From Halocafeteria seosinensis (Eukaryota): 64,000 nucleotides of DNA. The notes beneath the pieces were generated by a model. The model was given only the letters and a program-made list of their open reading frames with translations, did not search any database and was not told the origin of the DNA. The stretch is from NCBI GenBank assembly GCA_001687465.1, contig LVLI01000100.1:62001-126000 (forward strand), read 5' to 3'. Shown in pieces: positions 57,950 to 64,000 of this stretch; positions within the stretch are counted from its first letter, which is position 1, and every line of letters begins with the position of its first letter. The position numbers and the translations under genes were made by a program.

Positions 57950-60900
57950 TCACCGTCTTCGCATTCGCCTTCTTCCGGAAGTTTTCTTACTGCTTTTGTC
58001 TCGAGTGCGCCGCAGCTGTGCTTTCTGTGCGCCACCGCGTAGACTCCTTATTTTAGCATCGACGTTTGTGATGGGTGAAGTCTCCTCCACTGGAGAAGTA
58101 TCGAGGTCGGAGCCGTCACTGAGTGCTTCCTCGTCTATAACGTAGTGTTTGGGGTCATCGTTAGTCCAATCAATTTCCATCATAGACCTCAAGTATCCCC
58201 TTTCATCCTGTTCCATATATTTCTTAAGAGACCTATTCGGAGAGTCAAAATTATCGGCACCAAAAGCATTTCCAATAGGTTCGGAAAGTATCTTCCCCTC
58301 GCTAGTCGAACCGGTACTTGAAGGAATATTTGGTGAAGCGTCGTGGAACTTCGCGTACACTGTTTTCATTGCTTTTCTGGCTTCCTTCTTTTGCTTATTC
58401 GAAAGCAACTTGTAATCATAGCCATTATACTCCATTGCATGTGTTAATGAGTCCGTGATGGAGTTCTTGGGGCGAAGGTGTGGATCCTTCGCACTGATTC
58501 CAAAACATCTCATAAGGATTTCTGGTGGCAAGTCCAAGCGCGACAGTTTAAATTTCCGATGTTCTTTTCTGTCCTTCTTACGAGCTGCGGAAGATTGCAA
58601 GGGACCTCTACTGGGGGCAAGGTGACGCCGTCCCATTTTCTCAAGACCTTGATGGATAAGTTGTTCAGTTCGCTGAATATAGGCCTGCGTCTCTTCAACA
58701 GACGTGAATTCATTTGGAAAGCGTCGAGATAGCCAAAGATACAGATCAAAGACAGAATGAGCACTTTCCAGTTCTCTCAGTTCCAATGGAGTGCGGGGAG
58801 CCAATGTGGGAGGTTTTAACTCAACTGGTACTCTAGCCTTGGAAGAGTATTTCTGTGCATATCTGCGAAGGGCTGTGAGACACAAGGCATCGTCGACGTC
58901 CACCTGCAACTCAAATGTGCTTGCGGGATTATCAGGCATAACTAAATGACATACGACGTAAATGCTTACAGGAGCCAAGCAGAAGTTAAAACGGGCTTTT
59001 AAGGGCATCGGGATATTATCAAGCTGCTTCGCGATTTCCAGCGTATCCTCGCAATCACATAAGAAATACTTATCGGGATCTACTTGAGCACATTTTAAGA
59101 ACCTGGGTTAATAGATATAGAGATAACAGGGAGTCCAAATTTCAATGATTTCCACAATCCACTTACAAGTCCAATAACTGGGAAAATTTGATATGTCGCT
59201 TTCCGGGTAGCACATGTTTTGATGAATCGGAGCTACCCTTTCCCCCAAGAGTCAGTTCGCCTTTAGAGCAGGGAACTTCTCCGTCTTCAAAGTTTTCTAA
59301 GTCACTTACGCCAGTGAAAAATGTGGTTGTATCTTCATATCCTGTTTCAAAGCCGTCGATAAGACTACCTACGTTAAACAGTTCCTTAGAAGACACTTCT
59401 CGCTTTATTATCTTCTCTCGTTGATCTCGGAACCTGCGTAAGAATTCGGAAAGAGCCGGATCCTCCCTTGCCTCTGAGCTTTCTTTTGAGTCTCGCGTTC
59501 CCTGCAAGCGGTCAAATTGCAAATTTTTGCGGCTTTCCGGGGATGCTATCGCCATTGCAAAAAGCTCTAGCTGTTCTGAGGTCGGGAATACCCCTGCAGC
59601 CTGAACAGAAGGCGTCTCCTGACCCATAGATGACTCTAGATGTTTCAAGTCTTTCCGGTTTAAGGCCATAACGGTCCCAGTGTCATACGTGGAGCCGAAT
59701 CTGCCAGCTCGTCCACCTATTTGCTTTGACTCTGTAATGGTGAGTTTCCGTCTTTGTATTCCATCGAATTTGGACAGGGTTGAGAATATTATTCGATTTA
59801 TTTGGAGATTGAGCCCCATGCCGACAGCATCCGTTGCTACTAGTACTTGCGAACCCCCTGTCGTGGCACTGTCTGTCGTCGACTCCTTAGAATTCCCCTC
59901 ATTGAAGCGTTTCGCTTGCTCTTTTCTTACAGCAGGAGGGAGCGCTCCGTAAATTACACCGCATCGTAAACCTGTAGACTTCTCTATCTCCCGCTTCACG
60001 TCAAATAGTGTTTTTCTTCCGAACACCACAACACAGTCCCCTGGTTGGACATCTCCATAGGATCGGATGGGGGATTTACTCACTTGAAGTGGTGACAGCC
60101 TTTGGTAATCGAATACTTCCACTTCTTCGCCCGTACTCTGAGCTATCCTTTTAATCAGCGGCACAGCGGAACTATCCCCACAGCAGTGTACCTCATCAGC
60201 TTGCATACCAAGCAGGACTCGGGTCCACGCCCAACCACGGGATAAATCACCTGCACTCACAGCTCATTCATCAATGAGATGCAATTACCTAACGTGTGTG
60301 TAATTAAGTCTTGGGCACGTACCGAGCATTTGCACTTCATCCAAGACTGCGCATTCCACTCGCTCATTGACATCTATCATCTCGATGGTGGCAGCGGTAT
60401 GTTCGGCGTTTTCATGTAGCTTTCGTTCTTGCCCTGTGACCAAGTTGCACGTAGTTCCTTCTTGATTGAGTCGCTCGTACACTTCCCAAGCAAGCAGTCG
60501 TAGAGGACCACAGTAGAACCCTGAGGAAGCTTGTCGTAGACGTTTGAGAGCGTGATGTGTTTTGCCAGAATTTGTCGGCCCGACATGCAGGACAATCTTC
60601 CTCGGAATTCGACGTGCGCCGAGATACCACTTCTCTGGGTGCCGAAGATCGGCCAAATCCATCAAAGTACTTAAATCGGTGTTTTCATCCACTTCTAGCC
60701 ATCGAGCAGAGGAGGAAGCAGTGGTGCGCTTCTTGGTGGCAGCCGTCGTCGCATGAAAGCGAGTTCCTTTCGGTAGTAAATACTGTAATTCCTTGTGGAA
60801 CGGGCGTATACGAGAGCTGAGACGCGCAGGAGACACCCGAATCGAAGCAAATGCAGCCACATGACGCCATCCTCCTCCATGCGACCACTGTTTCAAGAAC

Positions 60901-60977
60901 CTAAGGCACGTCCGACATCTCATTATTTCGAGGGTTGGCTCGACGGCGGAAGTCAACCAAACCAGATCCCAACGCAT
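57950..60977 (-). CDS. SUPV3L1: Mitochondrial ATP-dependent RNA helicase SUV3
   Basis: Motifs HVGPTNSGKT, GPLRLLAWEV, DEVQM, RGWAWTR, YGALPP, ATDAVGMGLN, KQIGGRAGR and DLYLWLSRRF. Two introns. An alternative start at 60923 looks more like a presequence. Confidence 0.95.
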
Positions 60978-61145
60978 GCCACCAGAATCCCTTCATCAAG
61001 GATGCTGTATAGAGCTTAATGGACATTCGAGAGAGCAACTTCCTGAGTTTGTGAAGTTGGAGGAGCGGATGCCCTTGTAGAGCCTTATACACGTTCCGTG
61101 TTGACTTCTTTCAGCCCTCAGATACACACATCTTTATTGTGTGGG

Positions 61146-63299
61146 ATGGACACAATGTCGGTGCAACATGAGGGCCAGAATGAGACTGTGGACACGGGAG
61201 TGGAGGAACGACGACGCTCCGGCGATTCAGCTGTCGCACAATGGTTAGGGAGGCCATTCACGGCCGATCCTGAATATTTTGACTGCTGGTACACAGAGGA
61301 CGACGAGGAGGATGATGGAGACGACGGAACCGCAGGGAGTGACGATGGAACGGGACAAAATGGGGGACCGTACGGCAACTTCAGTCCAATCGCCACCAAT
61401 TCCAACGGCCTCTCTCCTGTGAGAAGTGAAAGGGGGAGCGAAATTATGTCCACACCAGGCGGACAATTTTTTCGGCCCTTCTCAGAGCGATCAGGTACTC
61501 CACGCCAGAGGAGATCAACGGGGAGAAGCAAGGGACGACCGTCCGTCTCGAGCATTCCTCGTGTTTCCCCATTGACGCCAGGGGTCTCCTCCCAGAAAGA
61601 CATGGATAAACTCGAAGAGCAGTGGAAAAGCTTAATATATACCAAAGTAAGTTTTAAGTTAAATGCTTATAGTTGGGTGAGTAGCAGATACTATTGGAAT
61701 GAAATCAATCCTCCTTCGGTCTCCAGACACCGTCACTTCTATCCACGGACTATCGGAGACTCTTTTCCGAAAAGGGCATTCCTTCCACTATACGAGGTGA
61801 GGTGTGGGAGTGGGCCATCGGAGACAAGCTGCAGATCACATCGCAGCTTTATCGTGAATTGTTGCGGCAAGCTAATGGATATATACGAACACGTCGTGCT
61901 GCAAAACACTGTGAATACATGCTTAGACACGAGCATGGAGACAGTGATCAAACGACGAGGCAGTCACCGTCTACCGCTGCTGCGAACCAAGAACGAACAG
62001 CAACCCCAACGAAGCAGTACGACGCGTACCAGCTTGATGAACATGAATCCCCGAAGGACAATGAACCAGAAGCAGTCCCTGTGAATAATCTCTTTGAGAC
62101 GGAGCGGGAGAGTGAGCAGATGCTTCGTAGTTTCGCTGGGGGATCTGAGCTGCGTTCCCCACTCTATATTTCTAATCGTGGAGGTCGTCTTCGAGCAGAC
62201 ACATTACGGGCCAAAACGGAACGCAAGCCAAGACACTCTTCAATTTTGGGAGATAACAGAAAGAAATGCGGCAGTCTGGAACACATTGGAAACCTGGAAC
62301 CGTTATACTCCCTGCTCGCGGAAGTCCACGCTGTCAAGAAAGTCGAAGGATCACAGGCATTGTGCCCGATGATTGATGAAGATGTAGAAAGAACGCTGCG
62401 AAAGCTGTATTTCTTCTCAAGAGAAGCTGAGCTGTACCAAGCTTTGCGCCGGGTAAGTGGTTGCTCTGGCTGTGGTTTTACGTCCATTGCATTTTGGACT
62501 GTGTGGTCTGCAGGTTGTCACATCGTTCTGTTGGTACCGCCCAGACATTGGCTATACACAAGGCTTCACGTATTTACCGGCGATGCTGCTGCTCCATCTA
62601 AAGGAGCGAAGGGATATTACGGAGAGAGTACAGCCTTCTAACCAGGAATTACAGGCTAACGATATGGAGGATGATGAGTGTAATGTTTTTGATCTTTATA
62701 CAAGCGTGGAGGAACTATACAGCGTTTCTCGACCCGAATCGCTGGAACTGAATGCATTCAGACGACTCTCAAATATTGTCTTCAAGGAACCGTACTATAC
62801 ACTCGTTCGGAACCCGTCTCTTCCTGAACCTTGGCTAGACCTCTTATTGAAACTGGTCGCCCGCATTGTTCCACAAATGAAGGAGAAAATTGAAGAAGAA
62901 ACCGCGTTTAGCCCACACGAAATCATAGGCTCGTTCTTCCTTGCGAATATTGTTTCGTTGGGGGCAAAATCAGTTCATGTGGATGTTGTAACACGGATAT
63001 ACGATCGCTGCTTTTTATTTGGTATGATAGAAATCATACCATGCACAATTGGGATATTGAAAGCATGGGTGGATACATTCCCTTCTTTGTCTGACGAAGT
63101 AAGAAATGGTGTCGACGTCTATTGCTCAATTCTCATTTACAACGCTTATTTTGCCTGGCAGGTGAGTGTTCATGATCTGGTTTCACCAAAGTTAATCGAC
63201 GCAACGGAGGCTACGAACTTCGAAGTATCTAGGATTATTGATACTGTGCATTTGACGAGAGCGGAAAGAACAGAAGCTTTGTCCTTGATGACCTCATGA
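61146..63299 (+). CDS. TBC (Rab-GAP) domain protein
   Basis: W..GIPSTIRGEVWEWAIG, arginine finger IDEDVERT and glutamine finger RPDIGYTQG. Multi-exon. Confidence 0.85.
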
Positions 63300-63316
63300 G
63301 AATCAGCATCCATGGA

Positions 63317-64000
63317 TCAACCCCACCATGATGGCTTAGGTGTGCTATAGCCTCCTGGTCTTCCCGTGAAAATGTTGCCTTTACCAAACTGGGCACCATA
63401 GTTGTACTGCAACGGCTCTAGTCCTCCCACGGCAAGCGGTCGTCTAACGAATTGTTTCTGTGCCCCCGGCCCGTATTGGTCCTTTACATGATATCGCTCA
63501 ATGTTTTCTTTTTCATCTTTTTGGGGAGTCCTTAGGTGCTTAGCAGCTGCTGCAGCGAATACCGACGGTCCTTTCTTGGCACCTCGTGGATGGTAGGGCT
63601 CAGGCTCCCGAGGACTTATACTTGAAGCCTGGCTATTGTTTTCTCGAGCATGCTGTATAGGATCCCGATATCTCCCATCACCATTGCGCTGGGGGGCTGG
63701 AAATGCTCCTCCCCTCTCTCGCTTGGCGTAGTAGTTGACACGGTGCTTATTTGGAGGTTCGTCGGGCTGAGAGGGGCTCCCGCGACGCTGATCTTGCTGC
63801 TCATTCTGCTTGCGTCTTGGCGGTGGCTTAGGTTTCAGGTCTGAACAACTTGGATCTGTAGGTGGCTCTGCGCAGTTGTTGAAATCCGGATCTTTCTTAT
63901 CCTCTTCCGCAAACACGAGATTTCTTCCGGGCCGTATAAACTGCGAATAGTTCTCCAGAGGTTCATCTGGAGCATTTTGGCTATCCCGGTCTTCGTCTTT
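63317..64000 (-). CDS. 3' end of a hypothetical low-complexity protein (5'-partial)
   Basis: The frame stays open from the window edge to TGA at 63317-63319. P/Q/R-rich, ending GYSTPKPSWWG. Confidence 0.55.
   Translation of the reverse strand, partial: KDEDRDSQNAPDEPLENYSQFIRPGRNLVFAEEDKKDPDFNNCAEPPTDPSCSDLKPKPPPRRKQNEQQDQRRGSPSQPDEPPNKHRVNYYAKRERGGAFPAPQRNGDGRYRDPIQHARENNSQASSISPREPEPYHPRGAKKGPSVFAAAAAKHLRTPQKDEKENIERYHVKDQYGPGAQKQFVRRPLAVGGLEPLQYNYGAQFGKGNIFTGRPGGYSTPKPSWWG

Overview
This is gene-dense eukaryotic nuclear DNA, not prokaryotic. It holds about 26 protein-coding genes, most split by short (~55-80 nt) GT-AG introns, with very short intergenic spacers and two N positions. The compact architecture and gene content suggest a protist, possibly a heterotrophic stramenopile (inference only). 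Recognisable genes: MATE transporter (5'-partial), ankyrin/TPR protein, dienelactone hydrolase, MPP6, NDUFAF8-like, a secreted GLUG-like repeat protein, a PH-domain protein, POLR3C/RPC82, ISCU, glutamate dehydrogenase, DCAF7/WDR68, a tandem pair of ARM/coiled-coil proteins resembling animal Melted/VEPH1, a degenerate TraB-domain protein, a two-domain membrane nucleotide cyclase, DUF1295, a CLC channel, a twin-CX9C protein, SEC63, SDR39U1, a Cys-rich orphan, an SH3 protein, a Sel1-repeat protein, a TMEM185-like protein, KRR1, RPL36A/eL42, SUV3, a TBC RabGAP and a 3' gene fragment. The best leads are: (1) the Melted/VEPH1-like paralogue pair with different membrane anchors (PH domain versus Cys cluster); (2) a cyclase with swapped C1/C2 catalytic residues, probably a guanylyl cyclase; (3) unusually long, structured introns in ISCU and RPL36A that may carry splicing-regulatory RNA elements; (4) a channel-type CLC and a GDH with an allosteric antenna. 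No rRNA, tRNA, CRISPR array or mobile element was found by eye. All family calls come from motif recognition, not database searches.
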